A stretch of 64,000 nt of DNA from Coriobacteriaceae bacterium (GTDB lineage: Bacteria > Actinomycetota > Coriobacteriia > Coriobacteriales > Coriobacteriaceae), in assembly GCA_905194545.1 (NCBI GenBank), contig CAJJSS010000006.1, positions 5,092 through 69,091 on the forward strand, read 5' to 3'. Made by a program: the position numbers and the translations under genes. The notes under the pieces were generated by a model. The model was given only the letters and a program-made list of their open reading frames with translations, was not told where the DNA came from and did not search any database. Below are positions 10,901-20,806 of this stretch, piece after piece; position 1 is the first letter of the stretch, and each line of letters begins with the position of its first letter.

Positions 10901-11451
10901 GTCTACACTACGAGGATTACAAGGCGGGGAGCGCCAAGCTCGATACGTGTATGGAGCTCGTGCACGGCGCACTCGACGGCGGGCATCGCATCCTGTTGTT
11001 CAGCCAGTTCACGGGTATGCTCGATATCATCGGTAAGCGCTTGGCCAGGGAGGACATCGCCTTCCTTAAGCTCACGGGCGCTTCGTCTAAGGAGAGCCGC
11101 GCCAAGATGGTCGCGCAGTTCCAAGCGGGCGAGGTTCCGGTCTTTTTGATTTCGCTCAAGGCGGGCGGCGTGGGCCTTAACCTGACGGCGGCCGACGTGG
11201 TCATCCACTACGACCCGTGGTGGAACGTGGCAGCGCAGGACCAGGCGACCGACCGCGCGCACCGTATTGGCCAGCAACATACCGTGACCGTGTACAAGCT
11301 CATCGCCAAGGACACGATCGAGGAGCGCATCATGCAGATGCAGGAGTCCAAGCGCGACCTGGTCAACAGCGTGCTCGGCGGCGACGGCATCTCGTCGGCG
11401 CTGTTTACCCGCGAAGATGTTCTGGCGCTGCTGGGCGGCGACGGGCGCTAA
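7969..11451 (+). CDS. SWIM zinc finger + SNF2-family helicase
   Basis: CDC..CKH SWIM motif; LADDMGLGKT, DEAQ, LTGTPIEN, QATDRAHRIGQ. Confidence 0.92.
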   Translation: MRLEEVMAQGTFVQALRKEAALSGTFMKGRSLMLNGAVLSIEDSGSRFSKNVTVEGTVRGSRGDLYKTHVALDMDEHEVIDYDCDCPAAYRYPGMCKHAIATALAYLDASGAEPVEGLRTPVRTFTAQPKQPARAASAAPAVNPNFPFPAPVPTSPSLVAALSDLSDARMDELASMRRKLAGAVDPDAPKAALEPSLVPYYNPLFADRFSWALEFRIRCGSVSYVVKDIDGMADAYVRGGTFSYGKKLTFVHSPEAFDETSAKLLNLVVTTVAYLDDITSSRSASYDFARSGFVAERQLPLSEHSIVYVLDLLRGQTISFEPAWSRGMTTHRTYDVAVELSPQGEDGASAKRPPLLAAKIAPAAGGSYDLRLPADMYCFASGDAAYLVDTRRARRTDAAFAQHAAPFLSRLLPCRTPAHIAAEQVGEFCRMALPILRDYTDLTAPAALDTVAPEPSFAMAIGVDDGLVTCKITVTYGDWSADLFSLGAPGSPFEEQRPGVPPRDEVAEFRVMDTAALYFDFYEGGLAFEERDDESLFCLLTEGLSALSELGEVMLSDRLRQISVRPAPKLSVRATVKSNLLDVELGASALSAADLAVYLDSYKRHQTFARLTSGDIIRLDEGARAAFGLAEDLGVDAVDLLDGVSLPASSTLFVDSMLARTPALEADRDAAFRRTVERLDTLGKMDFTVPASLKATMRGYQVDGYQWLGSLEHLGLGGILADDMGLGKTLQMIAHILARVEAGDTKPTLVVCPASLVYNWTAELERFAPSLDVCAIVGAKAQRRVQIAGVAEHSVVVTSYDLMRRDIDEYVEQDFARVVLDEAQYIKNPLTQVARAAKRLPAGVRFALTGTPIENRLSELWSIFDFLMPGLLGTRESFAKRFESPVEHAEGDSAARLQALVSPFVLRRVKEDVVADLPEKIEDTVMAQLTGEQRKLYLANQDRIAQQVQHREAGEFKKDKLKVLAELTKLRQICCDPRLHYEDYKAGSAKLDTCMELVHGALDGGHRILLFSQFTGMLDIIGKRLAREDIAFLKLTGASSKESRAKMVAQFQAGEVPVFLISLKAGGVGLNLTAADVVIHYDPWWNVAAQDQATDRAHRIGQQHTVTVYKLIAKDTIEERIMQMQESKRDLVNSVLGGDGISSALFTREDVLALLGGDGR

Positions 11452-11601
11452 CCCGCTCGGGTGGGGCCGCCAGGGCGGATAGCGCACGCTGCCCCATCGT
11501 CCCCGCCCGTTATGTGTTCATTTGCAATGCCGTGGATGGTTTGTCTGCCTTTGGGCATAAGAACCATCAAGAACATTGGCACGTCAGCAAAGGAGAACAT
11601 C

Positions 11602-11964
11602 ATGGCGAAATTCTTTAAGGACCCCGACGGTAAGCTCATTGCCGCCCTTGGCAACGACGTTGCAACCCCTGCCGGTTGCACGGAACTGACCGCAAACACT
11701 GAGGACGCGGCGCACGAGAAGCACGTGCCTGTTGTCGAGACCGAGCGCGACGGTCACGTGATTCGCGCACGCGTTGGCTCGGTCGAGCACCCCAGCCTGC
11801 CCGAGCACTATATTGAGTGGATCGCCCTTGAGGCCGAGGGCCGCTTAGAGGTCCATTACCTTGAGCCCGGCATGAAGCCCGCGACGTTTTTCGCGGGCGG
11901 CTCCAAGACCGGTACCGTCTATGCCTATTGCAACCTGCACGGGCTGTGGTCCGCGACGTTCTAG
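11602..11964 (+). CDS. Desulfoferrodoxin-family superoxide reductase (single-iron type)
   Basis: EKHVP, HP..EHYIEWI, YCNLHGLW; AGGAG RBS before ATG 11602. Confidence 0.9.
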   Translation: MAKFFKDPDGKLIAALGNDVATPAGCTELTANTEDAAHEKHVPVVETERDGHVIRARVGSVEHPSLPEHYIEWIALEAEGRLEVHYLEPGMKPATFFAGGSKTGTVYAYCNLHGLWSATF

Positions 11965-12081
11965 GAGCGCGCCCCCGCTCGGGGTATCATAGCTAGCATA
12001 TGCACATGCGAGCGCCGGCTGCATTATGCGGCCGGCGCTTTTACTACGACAACGATGGTTTACGACGGAAAGGGCTGAGCC

Positions 12082-14067
12082 ATGAAGCTCGCGCTTGCAC
12101 AGATCGATATGCGCCTGGGTGATATTGAGGGCATTTGCGGCCGCATCGAGGACCAGGCTCGTCTGGCCCACGAGCGCGGGGCGCGCGTGCTGTGCGTTCC
12201 GGCTCCGCTCTTTATGGGCGCCATGCCCGGGGGCCTGGTGGGCACTGCCGACTTTGAGCACGACATGCTTGCCGGCTTGACTGGTGTCGCCGAGCGTATC
12301 CAGGAGCTTGACATGATCTGCATCGTGCCCGCGGCGGTTTCGTTTGAGGGCCAGCCGCTGCTCGACTACATGATGCTCAAGGACGGTCATGTGGTGCCGG
12401 CGCGTTCGAGCATTGCCCTGCAGCGTGGCGAGAACAACGACACGCGTTGGGCGCCGCCGGTGTTCGACGTGGACGGCGTGCGCATCGCCGTGATTTTTGA
12501 CTTGGACCGCGAACTCGAGATGTTGCCGACCGGTGTTGACCTCATTGCGTATTTCCAATTCAATGCGTTTGACATGACCGACCGCGAGACTGCCGCCATT
12601 GCCGCCGTTCGCAGCGGCGCCTACCGCAAGATCGCATCCAAGCGCAGTGTGTGGTTTGCCTGTATGGCGCCGGTCGGTGCCTATGACGAGTCGGTGTATA
12701 CCGGCGGTTCGTTTGTGCTCGACGACTGCGGTCGCGTGGTGGCCCAAGCGCCGTGTTTTGAGGAGAGCCTGCTGGTTCAGGAGATTCAGCGCGGCGTGAT
12801 GCTCGATGCCCTGGAAGATCACGAACTGCCCGAGTTCCGTTCCGAGGAGTGGCTGTGGCAGGCGCTGGTGCTCGCCGTGCGCGACAACGCCCGGGCCCAC
12901 GGTGCGTCGCGCGCCGTGGTGGCACTCGAGGGCGACTTGCCGTCGTCCCTGCTGGCGGCGCTGGCCGTCGACGCTCTGGGCCCACGTAATGTGATTGGCC
13001 TGGTGCTGGGGCGCAACCGCATCTTTACGCCGGCGCAGGAGGAGGCCGAGGCTGCTCGCTGTGCCGCCGTTCGCGCCATTGCCGAGCGCCTGCATATTCG
13101 CACGGTTGAGCGCGATGCGCCGGATGCCGCGCGCGTGCTCGACCGCGATGTGTCGGCGGGCGACGCCGAGCGCCTGCGCTCTCGCACGCTGGGCCTCATG
13201 CTGGAGGACACGGCGCTCGAGTTGGGTGCGATGGCGCTGAGCCCGCTGTCCAAAACCGAGTACGCACTGGCGGCGCCGGCGCTTTGCGGCGGCTACCAGG
13301 GCGATTATGCGCCCTTTGGCGATGTGTACCTGTCGACGCTTGAGTTTGTGGCGCGCGTGCGCAACCGCACGTCTGCCGTGGTGCCCCAAGAGCTCGTGAC
13401 GCTCAACGCGGTGGAAGATTGTATGGAGCGAGTGCTGGCGCAGGCGCTCTCGACGCTCGACGGTCCGGTCGATATGCTCGACCGCGCGGCACAGCTGCTC
13501 GGCGGGGTCGAGCCGGGTGAGATCGATGGCGCGCTTGAGGCGCACGTGGACCGCAATCGATCTTTCGACGACATCCCGATGGCCGCTGGCAAGCCTGAGG
13601 CCTGCTCGCTGCTGCTGATGCTCGTTCGACAGGGTGAGGCTGCCCGCCGCATGTTGCCGACGGCGCCGATCGTTTCGTCCCGTTCGTTTGCCGAGCGCTC
13701 CTGGCCGTACATGCTCGCGTGGTCCGACCTGGGGCTTAACGGCAAGGAGCGTATGACGGTCGATTCGCTGGCGCGCGCCGAGGTGCGCCGTTTTGCTGAC
13801 GAGGATACTAGTGAGCGCGTGCGAAACGAGATGATGGGCGTGCTGGGCGAGCTACTGGGTATTTCGCCCGAACAAATGGAGGAGTTGCGCTCTGAAGACG
13901 GTCAGCGTCGTTTACACGAGGGAATGAAAAAGTTCGAGGGCGAGGTTCAGGACGCCATCGATAAGATGATGGGCGGCCAGGGTGGCCCGCAGGGTGGGCC
14001 CCAGGGTGGCCCGATGCCGCATCCGCCGGTTGATCCCCGACAGTTCCCATTCTTCTCGCAGAACTAA
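12082..14067 (+). CDS. Glutamine-dependent NAD+ synthetase-like protein (nitrilase + NAD synthetase folds) with degenerate catalytic motifs
   Basis: MKLALAQID nitrilase start; 'LWQALVLAVRD..VVAL..AVDALG' and 'APFGDVY' synthetase scaffold; catalytic residues substituted. Confidence 0.7.
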   Translation: MKLALAQIDMRLGDIEGICGRIEDQARLAHERGARVLCVPAPLFMGAMPGGLVGTADFEHDMLAGLTGVAERIQELDMICIVPAAVSFEGQPLLDYMMLKDGHVVPARSSIALQRGENNDTRWAPPVFDVDGVRIAVIFDLDRELEMLPTGVDLIAYFQFNAFDMTDRETAAIAAVRSGAYRKIASKRSVWFACMAPVGAYDESVYTGGSFVLDDCGRVVAQAPCFEESLLVQEIQRGVMLDALEDHELPEFRSEEWLWQALVLAVRDNARAHGASRAVVALEGDLPSSLLAALAVDALGPRNVIGLVLGRNRIFTPAQEEAEAARCAAVRAIAERLHIRTVERDAPDAARVLDRDVSAGDAERLRSRTLGLMLEDTALELGAMALSPLSKTEYALAAPALCGGYQGDYAPFGDVYLSTLEFVARVRNRTSAVVPQELVTLNAVEDCMERVLAQALSTLDGPVDMLDRAAQLLGGVEPGEIDGALEAHVDRNRSFDDIPMAAGKPEACSLLLMLVRQGEAARRMLPTAPIVSSRSFAERSWPYMLAWSDLGLNGKERMTVDSLARAEVRRFADEDTSERVRNEMMGVLGELLGISPEQMEELRSEDGQRRLHEGMKKFEGEVQDAIDKMMGGQGGPQGGPQGGPMPHPPVDPRQFPFFSQN

Positions 14068-14136
14068 ACTGGGGATGGGATTCGCTCTCAACCCCGATAC
14101 TTCAACTAAGCATCTTGACCCCGTTGTGTTATTCTA

Positions 14137-14148
14137 GAACAGACGTTC
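14137..14148. promoter_or_regulatory. LexA (SOS) box, Gram-positive type, upstream of ruvCAB
   Basis: GAACAGACGTTC = GAAC-N4-GTTC, directly after a TGnTATTCT extended -10-like element. Confidence 0.8.
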
Positions 14149-14204
14149 GTGAGTAGTGCGCGGGGCCTTGCCTTGCGCTTGGTAAAAGACGAGGGGAGGT
14201 TGGC

Positions 14205-14726
14205 TTGGTTATTTTAGGCATTGACCCCGGTTTGGCTCATACGGGTTGGGGGATTATCGAGGAGCGGCGTGGCGAGGTTCGCTGCCGTGCCTATGGCTGC
14301 ATCGAGACCAGCGCGGGTAGTCCGCTCGCGGTGCGCCTGTCGCATATCGCCCGCGACCTCAAGGGTGTCGTGGAGCGCTATCGACCCGATACCGCTGCTA
14401 TCGAGAGCATTTACTTTGGCGCCAACGTTCGCTCGGCCATCCCTACGGCGCATGCCCGCGGCGCTGCGCTTGTGGCGCTTTCGGAGTGCGCGCTCGAGAT
14501 CGGCGAGTACACGCCCATGCAGATCAAACAGGCTGTGGTGGGTACCGGCGCCGCGGACAAGCGGCAGGTCGCCTACATGGTACGCACGCTAACGCAGCTC
14601 GACCACGACCCGCATCCCGACCATGCCGCCGATGCCCTGGCCTGTGCCATCTGCCACGTAAACCTCAGCCGCACCCGCGCCCTCACCGGTGGCGAGTTCT
14701 ATCAACAGAGAGGAACCGGATACTGA
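14205..14726 (+). CDS. ruvC: Holliday junction resolvase RuvC
   Basis: ILGIDPG, AIE, YTPMQIKQAVVG.G.A.K.QV, DHAADALA. Confidence 0.95.
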   Translation: MVILGIDPGLAHTGWGIIEERRGEVRCRAYGCIETSAGSPLAVRLSHIARDLKGVVERYRPDTAAIESIYFGANVRSAIPTAHARGAALVALSECALEIGEYTPMQIKQAVVGTGAADKRQVAYMVRTLTQLDHDPHPDHAADALACAICHVNLSRTRALTGGEFYQQRGTGY

Positions 14727-15346
14727 TGATTTCCCAGCTCCACGGAACGCTTGTCGAGGCCACGATGAGCTCTGCTGTCGTTGACGTGTCGGGCGTTGGC
14801 TTTGAACTCGGCATTTCTGGCAGCACTGCGGCCACGCTGCCTACGCCCGGCGGTGAGGTGCGCCTCTATACCCGTATGCAGGTGCGCGAGGACGCTATGA
14901 CACTTTTCGGTTTTTCCTCTAAGGATGAGCGCACGATGTTCGACCGGCTTGTGTCCGTCTCGGGCGTTGGCCCGCGCTTGGCGCTCGCCGTGCTTTCCAC
15001 CTATACCGTGGGGCAATTGTATTCGCTGGTGATGGCCGAGGACGACAAGGGCATGGCCAAGGTACCCGGTGTGGGCAAAAAGACAGCTCAGCGCCTGATC
15101 CTGGAACTCAAGAGCACCTTTGCCAAGGACAAGGGCTTTGTGCCGGTCGACGTGATCCCGGGGCAGGTTGCGATGCCGGTCCCCGCCGCCGCTCCTTCGG
15201 CGATCGATGACGCCCGTGCGGCGCTCCTTTCCATGGGCTTTAGTCCGCAGGAGACCGATGTTGCCCTGAGCGGGTATGATGGGCAGGATATGCGTGTCGA
15301 GGATTTGCTCGGCGCGGCGCTTAAGCGACTCGGAATGGATGCGTGA
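14726..15346 (+). CDS. ruvA: Holliday junction DNA helicase subunit RuvA
   Basis: [42 protein letters not shown] overlap with ruvC. Confidence 0.95.
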   Translation: MISQLHGTLVEATMSSAVVDVSGVGFELGISGSTAATLPTPGGEVRLYTRMQVREDAMTLFGFSSKDERTMFDRLVSVSGVGPRLALAVLSTYTVGQLYSLVMAEDDKGMAKVPGVGKKTAQRLILELKSTFAKDKGFVPVDVIPGQVAMPVPAAAPSAIDDARAALLSMGFSPQETDVALSGYDGQDMRVEDLLGAALKRLGMDA

Positions 15347-16413
15347 TGTGGGAAGCCGATGACTCTCAGGACCTGTGGGCGACGCCCGGCAACTCGCCGG
15401 CGGCATCCATGGCGCACGGTGAACGCATGGTGGGCTCGGAGCTGACGGCCGAGGACCTCGATGTCGACCGTACCCTGCGCCCCCAGCGCCTGGATGACTA
15501 CTGCGGCCAGGAGCACATCAAGCAGAGTCTGCGCGTGCTTATCGAAGCGGCGCAGAGTCGTCGCGAGACGCTCGACCACGTGATCTTCTCGGGTCCTCCG
15601 GGCCTGGGCAAGACCACGCTGGCCACCGTTATCGCCAACGAGCTGGGCGCTCAGATCAAGACCACGAGTGGCCCTGCCATCGCGCGCACGGGCGACCTGG
15701 CGGCCATCCTTACTAACTTGCAGCCGGGTGACGTGCTGTTTATCGACGAGATCCACCGCCTCAACCGCTCGGTCGAGGAGGTCCTGTATCCTGCGATGGA
15801 GGACTTTGCGCTCGATATCGTGATCGGCAAGGGTCCGGCGGCGCGTTCGATTCGCCTAGACATTCCCAAGTTTACGCTGGTGGCGGCCACGACCCGTTCG
15901 GGCATGCTCACGGGCCCGCTGCGCGATCGCTTTGGCATCTCGTATCGCTTGGATTACTACACCGTCGAGGAGCTCGCCCAGATCGTGACGCGCTCGGCAA
16001 CCATCCTGGGCGTGACGATCGACCATCCCAGCGCGCTCGAGATCGGCTCACGCTCGCGTGGCACGCCGCGCTTGGCTAACCGTTTGCTCAAGCGCGTGCG
16101 CGACTATGCGCAGGTGCGTGGCAACGGTCCCATTGAGCTTGATATTTGCCGTCAGGCGCTCGAGTTCTTCGAGATCGATGAGCTCGGTCTGGACTGGATG
16201 GATATTCGCATTTTGGAGACGCTCGCTAAGACGTTCTCCGGTCGCGCCGTGGGACTTACGACCCTTGCCAGCGCGGTGGGCGAGGACCCGGGCACGCTCG
16301 AGGATGTCTATGAGCCCTATTTGCTGCAGTGCGGGTTGATGATTCGTACGCCGCAGGGCCGTCAGGCAACGCTTCGCACCTTTGAGCACCTGGGGATTGA
16401 ACCTACCGTTTAG
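15346..16413 (+). CDS. ruvB: Holliday junction branch migration ATPase RuvB
   Basis: [39 protein letters not shown]. Confidence 0.97.
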   Translation: MWEADDSQDLWATPGNSPAASMAHGERMVGSELTAEDLDVDRTLRPQRLDDYCGQEHIKQSLRVLIEAAQSRRETLDHVIFSGPPGLGKTTLATVIANELGAQIKTTSGPAIARTGDLAAILTNLQPGDVLFIDEIHRLNRSVEEVLYPAMEDFALDIVIGKGPAARSIRLDIPKFTLVAATTRSGMLTGPLRDRFGISYRLDYYTVEELAQIVTRSATILGVTIDHPSALEIGSRSRGTPRLANRLLKRVRDYAQVRGNGPIELDICRQALEFFEIDELGLDWMDIRILETLAKTFSGRAVGLTTLASAVGEDPGTLEDVYEPYLLQCGLMIRTPQGRQATLRTFEHLGIEPTV

Positions 16414-16557
16414 GGCGCTTTGTTTTGGCGGGCTGTTGGGCTATCGCCGGGCATCGGGTAAACATATCGCCGTTCATCGGTTATGGGCGTTTTACTATTG
16501 CGCGCCCGTGCTATGCTGAATTGGTCTTTTTCTCATTCGGTAACGAAAGGACCGCCC

Positions 16558-18225
16558 ATGCCTACTGACATCGAAATCGCACGTTCTGTCACGCCGCTGC
16601 CTATTACCGAGGTGGCCAAGAACGCCGGCGTCGACGTTAAGCACCTTATTCCGTACGGCTTCGACAAGGCTAAGGTCGACTATTCACTGCTCAACGAGCC
16701 GACCGATCACCAGGCCAAGCTCGTCCTCGTGACCGCTATCAACCCAACGCCTGCGGGCGAGGGCAAGACCACCACGACCATCGGTCTGGCCGATGGCCTG
16801 CGTCGTCGCGGCGTCAAGAGTGCCGTGGCCCTGCGCGAGCCTTCGCTCGGCCCCGTCTTTGGTGTTAAGGGCGGTGCTGCCGGCGGCGGCTGGGCTCAGG
16901 TGATCCCCATGGAGGATATCAACCTGCACTTTACCGGCGACTTCCATGCCATCGGTGCTGCCAACAACCTGCTGGCCGCCATGCTCGACAACCATATTCA
17001 GCAGGGCAACCAGCTTGGCATCGACGTTAAACGCATCACTTGGAAGCGCGTCGTCGATATGAACGACCGTCAGCTGCGCCACGTCATCGACGGTATTGGC
17101 GGTAAGGCCCAGGGCGTGCCGCGCGAGGACGGCTTCGATATCACCGTCGCCTCCGAGGTCATGGCAATCCTGTGCCTGTCTACGAGTATCAGCGACCTCA
17201 AGGAGCGCCTGGGCGAGATCGTCGTCGGCTACAGCTTTGCCGGCGAGCCCGTCCGTGCCCGCGACCTTAAGGCCCAGGGTGCCATGGCCGCGTTGCTTAA
17301 GGACGCGCTCAAGCCCAACCTGGTGCAAACGCTCGAGGGCACGCCCGCGTTTGTCCACGGCGGTCCTTTCGCCAACATCGCCCACGGCTGCAACTCTATC
17401 ATGGCCACGCGTATGGCGATGCGCTTTGGCGATGTCGCCATTACCGAGGCCGGCTTCGGTGCCGATCTGGGTGCCGAGAAGTTCCTCGACATCAAGTGCC
17501 GCATGACGGGCGTTCGCCCCAGCGCCGTCGTGGTCGTCGCGACTGCTCGTGCGCTGAAGTACAACGGTGGCGTCGCCAAGGCCGACCTCAACGAGGAGAA
17601 CCTCGAGGCACTCAAGGCCGGTATGCCCAACCTGCTGCGTCACGTCGACAACATCCAGAACGTTTATGGTCTGCCCTGCGTGGTCGCCATCAACCGCTTC
17701 CCGACGGACACCGAGGCTGAGCTTGCGCTCATCGAGTCCGAGTGCCAGAAGCTCGGCGTCAACGTTAAGCTTTCCGAGGTCTGGGCCAAGGGCGGCGAGG
17801 GCGCGCTCGAGCTGGCCGATGAGGTCATGCGTCTGATTGAGCAGCCGAGCGAGCTCAAGTTTGCCTATGAGGACGGCGCCGATGTGGCTGACGCCCTCGA
17901 GGCCGTCGCCACCAAGGTTTACCGCGCCGACGGCGTCGACTTTACGCCGGCTGCCAAGCGTCAGCTTGCCGAGCTGCGCGAGAACGGCTTTGGCAACCTG
18001 CCGGTGTGCGTCGCCAAGACGCAGTACAGCTTTAGCGACAACGCCAAGGCCCTGGGCGCTCCCGAGAACTTCCGCATCACGGTGCGCGAGCTTAAGGTTT
18101 CCGCCGGTGCCCACTTTGTGGTCGCACTGACCGGCAGTGTTCTGACCATGCCGGGCCTGCCCAAGGTCCCCGCGGCTGAGAACATCGACGTCGACAACGA
18201 CGGCAACATCACCGGCCTGTTCTAA
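16558..18225 (+). CDS. fhs: Formate--tetrahydrofolate ligase
   Basis: [38 protein letters not shown]. Confidence 0.97.
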   Translation: MPTDIEIARSVTPLPITEVAKNAGVDVKHLIPYGFDKAKVDYSLLNEPTDHQAKLVLVTAINPTPAGEGKTTTTIGLADGLRRRGVKSAVALREPSLGPVFGVKGGAAGGGWAQVIPMEDINLHFTGDFHAIGAANNLLAAMLDNHIQQGNQLGIDVKRITWKRVVDMNDRQLRHVIDGIGGKAQGVPREDGFDITVASEVMAILCLSTSISDLKERLGEIVVGYSFAGEPVRARDLKAQGAMAALLKDALKPNLVQTLEGTPAFVHGGPFANIAHGCNSIMATRMAMRFGDVAITEAGFGADLGAEKFLDIKCRMTGVRPSAVVVVATARALKYNGGVAKADLNEENLEALKAGMPNLLRHVDNIQNVYGLPCVVAINRFPTDTEAELALIESECQKLGVNVKLSEVWAKGGEGALELADEVMRLIEQPSELKFAYEDGADVADALEAVATKVYRADGVDFTPAAKRQLAELRENGFGNLPVCVAKTQYSFSDNAKALGAPENFRITVRELKVSAGAHFVVALTGSVLTMPGLPKVPAAENIDVDNDGNITGLF

Positions 18226-18250
18226 GTCTGCTGTCCATAGCTGCTAGCCC

Positions 18251-18287
18251 GCCCCGCCGTGCCCGCAAGGCCCGGCGGGGCTTTTTT
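18251..18287 (+). terminator. Intrinsic terminator of fhs
   Basis: GCCCCGCCG...CGGCGGGGC followed by TTTTTT. Confidence 0.85.
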
Positions 18288-18404
18288 ATCCTTAGGCCCG
18301 CGCATGTCTTGTAGATACCGACGGGCTCTGCCCATCATAGGCTTTTGCGCGGGTAGAATGCATGGATAACTTGAGGCTCACGCGCGACGGAAAGGAATCG
18401 TTGC

Positions 18405-19394
18405 ATGGATCAGGACAAGACAACCGTGATGGGCGGCTACGGTTCCGCGCAAGCTGGCGATAGCGCCGATGCGACCCGCGTTGTTCCCAACCCCGGCTAT
18501 ACCGACCCCGCCGCGACGCAGCCTTCTGCCGATCCCACCCGGGTTATGGGCTATGGCGACACGGCGCAGGATTCTTACGCTGCATCTTCGCAAGGCCCCT
18601 ATGGCAACGCAGCTCCGGACCCGTTTGATTACGCGCCGCAGGATTCTTATGCCGCCTCGACGCCGAATCCCTATGATGACCTGCCGCAAAATCCCATTCC
18701 GCAGCCTCAGCAGACGACGTATATGCCTCGCACGGCGCAGTCTCGCTACGAGTCGCGCGAGCCGTATCGCGAGTACCCCAAGTCGATTCCGCAATATGGC
18801 GAGGACGAGGAGAAGAAGCCGTCGCGTTCGTCGAGCGTGATCAAGAAGATCCTCATCGTGCTGGCGATCTTCTTTGCGCTGTCGGTTGTGTTTGCCATTG
18901 TGTCGGGCATGCTCAACAAGCGAGGGAGTTCAACGGCCGATACCGCTGCCGAGCAAACCGAGTCCGCCTCGTCTAGCACCGTCGATCTGAGCGATATCCC
19001 GGGGCAGTACTGGTCCAACGCCAAGAAACTTCTCAAGTCGCGCGGCGCCAATCTTTCGAATGCCGTGGTCCTGACTGATGATGGCTCAACGCCCGTCATC
19101 GATGCCAACTGGGTCGTTACTTCTGCTTACTATAACGACAGCGGCAACCTCGAAATTCAACTCACGCACAAGAATAGCTCGGGCAACTCGCCCGACGGCC
19201 AAAGCGGTACCGACAGCTCGAGTTCCAATACGCTGGAGGACTTGAGCAACAAGGCACAGGAGCTTGGGGATAAGGCCCAAGAGCTGGGCGACACGGCCCA
19301 GAACCTGGGCGACACCGCTCAGAACTTGGGCGGCATGGCGACGGATGCCTGGAACGCTCTGCAAAACGGCATCTCGGGCGCTCAGGGAAACTAG
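18405..19394 (+). CDS. Bitopic membrane protein: disordered Pro/Tyr/Asp-rich N-terminus, one TM helix, possible PASTA-like domain, 7-aa repeats
   Basis: AAGGA RBS; TM ILIVLAIFFALSVVFAIV; repeats (N/D)KAQELG and DTAQNLG. Confidence 0.8.
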   Translation: MDQDKTTVMGGYGSAQAGDSADATRVVPNPGYTDPAATQPSADPTRVMGYGDTAQDSYAASSQGPYGNAAPDPFDYAPQDSYAASTPNPYDDLPQNPIPQPQQTTYMPRTAQSRYESREPYREYPKSIPQYGEDEEKKPSRSSSVIKKILIVLAIFFALSVVFAIVSGMLNKRGSSTADTAAEQTESASSSTVDLSDIPGQYWSNAKKLLKSRGANLSNAVVLTDDGSTPVIDANWVVTSAYYNDSGNLEIQLTHKNSSGNSPDGQSGTDSSSSNTLEDLSNKAQELGDKAQELGDTAQNLGDTAQNLGGMATDAWNALQNGISGAQGN

Positions 19395-19406
19395 CTGTTA
19401 AGCGGG

Positions 19407-20588
19407 CTACAGCTGCTCGGCCGGACGGTCGGGCGAGCTAAAGCCCGAGTCAAACGTAACGACGCATGAGGCATTGGGTCGGCGCTCGTGCACGATGCGC
19501 GTGACGAGCTCCAGCAGCTCCTCGTCGGATATGTCAAAGCCGTCGGGACGCACAAGGTCAAATGAAACGAACCCGTCGTGCTCGTGCAGGTCGTGGATGG
19601 AGAGCGCGGGATCGATCTGCATGATGCCGCGCTTGACCCAGCCGCGCAGGTCGTCGCCGGTGGTGGCGATGGGGTCACAGTGCAACGTGATGCCGATGCC
19701 CATCTGACGCTTGATGTCGTGCTCGATGGTGTCCAAAATCTCGTGGTGCTCAAATGCGTCGCCCTCGCCGGGCATCTCCACGTGGGCGCTGGCAAACTGA
19801 CGACCGGGGCCGTAGTCGTGCACCATCAGGTCGTGTGTGCCCAAGACCTGCGGATAGGACATGATCTTGTCGCGGATTGCCTGGACGAGCTTGGGGTCGG
19901 GCGCTTGCCCCAGCAGCGGGCTGATGGCGTCGCGCACCAGGCCCATGCCGCTGATGCAGATGAAGACACCCACGCCCAGGCCTGCCCAGCCATCGAGGTC
20001 AAAGCCGGTCGTCTGCGAAATAAGCGCCGCCACCAAGACCGAGCCCGAGGTGATGACGTCGTTTTTGGAGTCCTGCGCCGTGGCGATGAGCGTTTCGGAG
20101 TCGATGCGATCGCCCAGCGTGCGGTTGAACGCTGCCATCCAGAGCTTAACGAGCATGGACGTAGCCAGTGCCGCAAGGGAAATAAACGTGTAAGCGGTGG
20201 GCGAGGGCTTGATGATCTTGGTGATCGACTCGAGGATTAGGTTGATGCCGACGGCACAAACCAGGACGGCGACAAACAGACCAGCCAGGTACTCGTAGCG
20301 GCCGTGGCCGTAAGGGTGGCCCTCGTCTGCCGGGCGGCTGGCAAGGCGGAACCCGAGCAGACTCACGATGTTGCTCGAGGCATCGGAGAGGTTGTTGAAA
20401 GCGTCGGCGATGAGGGAGACGGAACCGGCGAGCAGGCCCGCGATGCCCTTGGCTAGGCACAGGGTGATGTTGAGGCCAATGCAGATGAGGCTTGCGGCAA
20501 AGCCCGCGTTGGTGCGGCAAGATGCATCGACCGGCTCGCCCTCGCTGCCGGGAACAAGTGTATGTACCAGCCGATTTACAAATAGCAT
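19407..20588 (-). CDS. Cation diffusion facilitator family transporter
   Basis: SLIADAFNNLSD, HPYGHGRYEY, DSKND, HDLMVHDYGP; GAGG RBS before ATG 20588. Confidence 0.92.
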   Translation of the reverse strand: MLFVNRLVHTLVPGSEGEPVDASCRTNAGFAASLICIGLNITLCLAKGIAGLLAGSVSLIADAFNNLSDASSNIVSLLGFRLASRPADEGHPYGHGRYEYLAGLFVAVLVCAVGINLILESITKIIKPSPTAYTFISLAALATSMLVKLWMAAFNRTLGDRIDSETLIATAQDSKNDVITSGSVLVAALISQTTGFDLDGWAGLGVGVFICISGMGLVRDAISPLLGQAPDPKLVQAIRDKIMSYPQVLGTHDLMVHDYGPGRQFASAHVEMPGEGDAFEHHEILDTIEHDIKRQMGIGITLHCDPIATTGDDLRGWVKRGIMQIDPALSIHDLHEHDGFVSFDLVRPDGFDISDEELLELVTRIVHERRPNASCVVTFDSGFSSPDRPAEQL

Positions 20589-20806
20589 AGCGGTCGTCCT
20601 CACAATCATGTTTAAGGGGATAGTGTAGCTCGCGCGGGGGCGCCGCGCACCGATGCTCAGAAAATGCAGCAATAGTCTGCCGGTGCTAACGAGCGAGCCT
20701 TCTCGTCTGCCTGGGTGGTCCATTTTGGGCCACATGGGTATGGGCATGTGCCTGCTTGCTCGACATACTTAATGTCGACAGCCCCTGTGCAAAGGAGGAC
20801 GTTTCC

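Noticed and set aside
7969..11451. SWIM-SNF2 helicase as a defence system
   Set aside because: Widespread solitary family, here next to dnaE with no defence partners
4119..18114. Long antisense ORFs (e.g. 4119-5786, 5874-8189, 11845-13545, 16684-18114; also 36080-38461, 57313-59202)
   Set aside because: Shadow frames of high-GC genes with no motifs, fully overlapping well-supported CDSs
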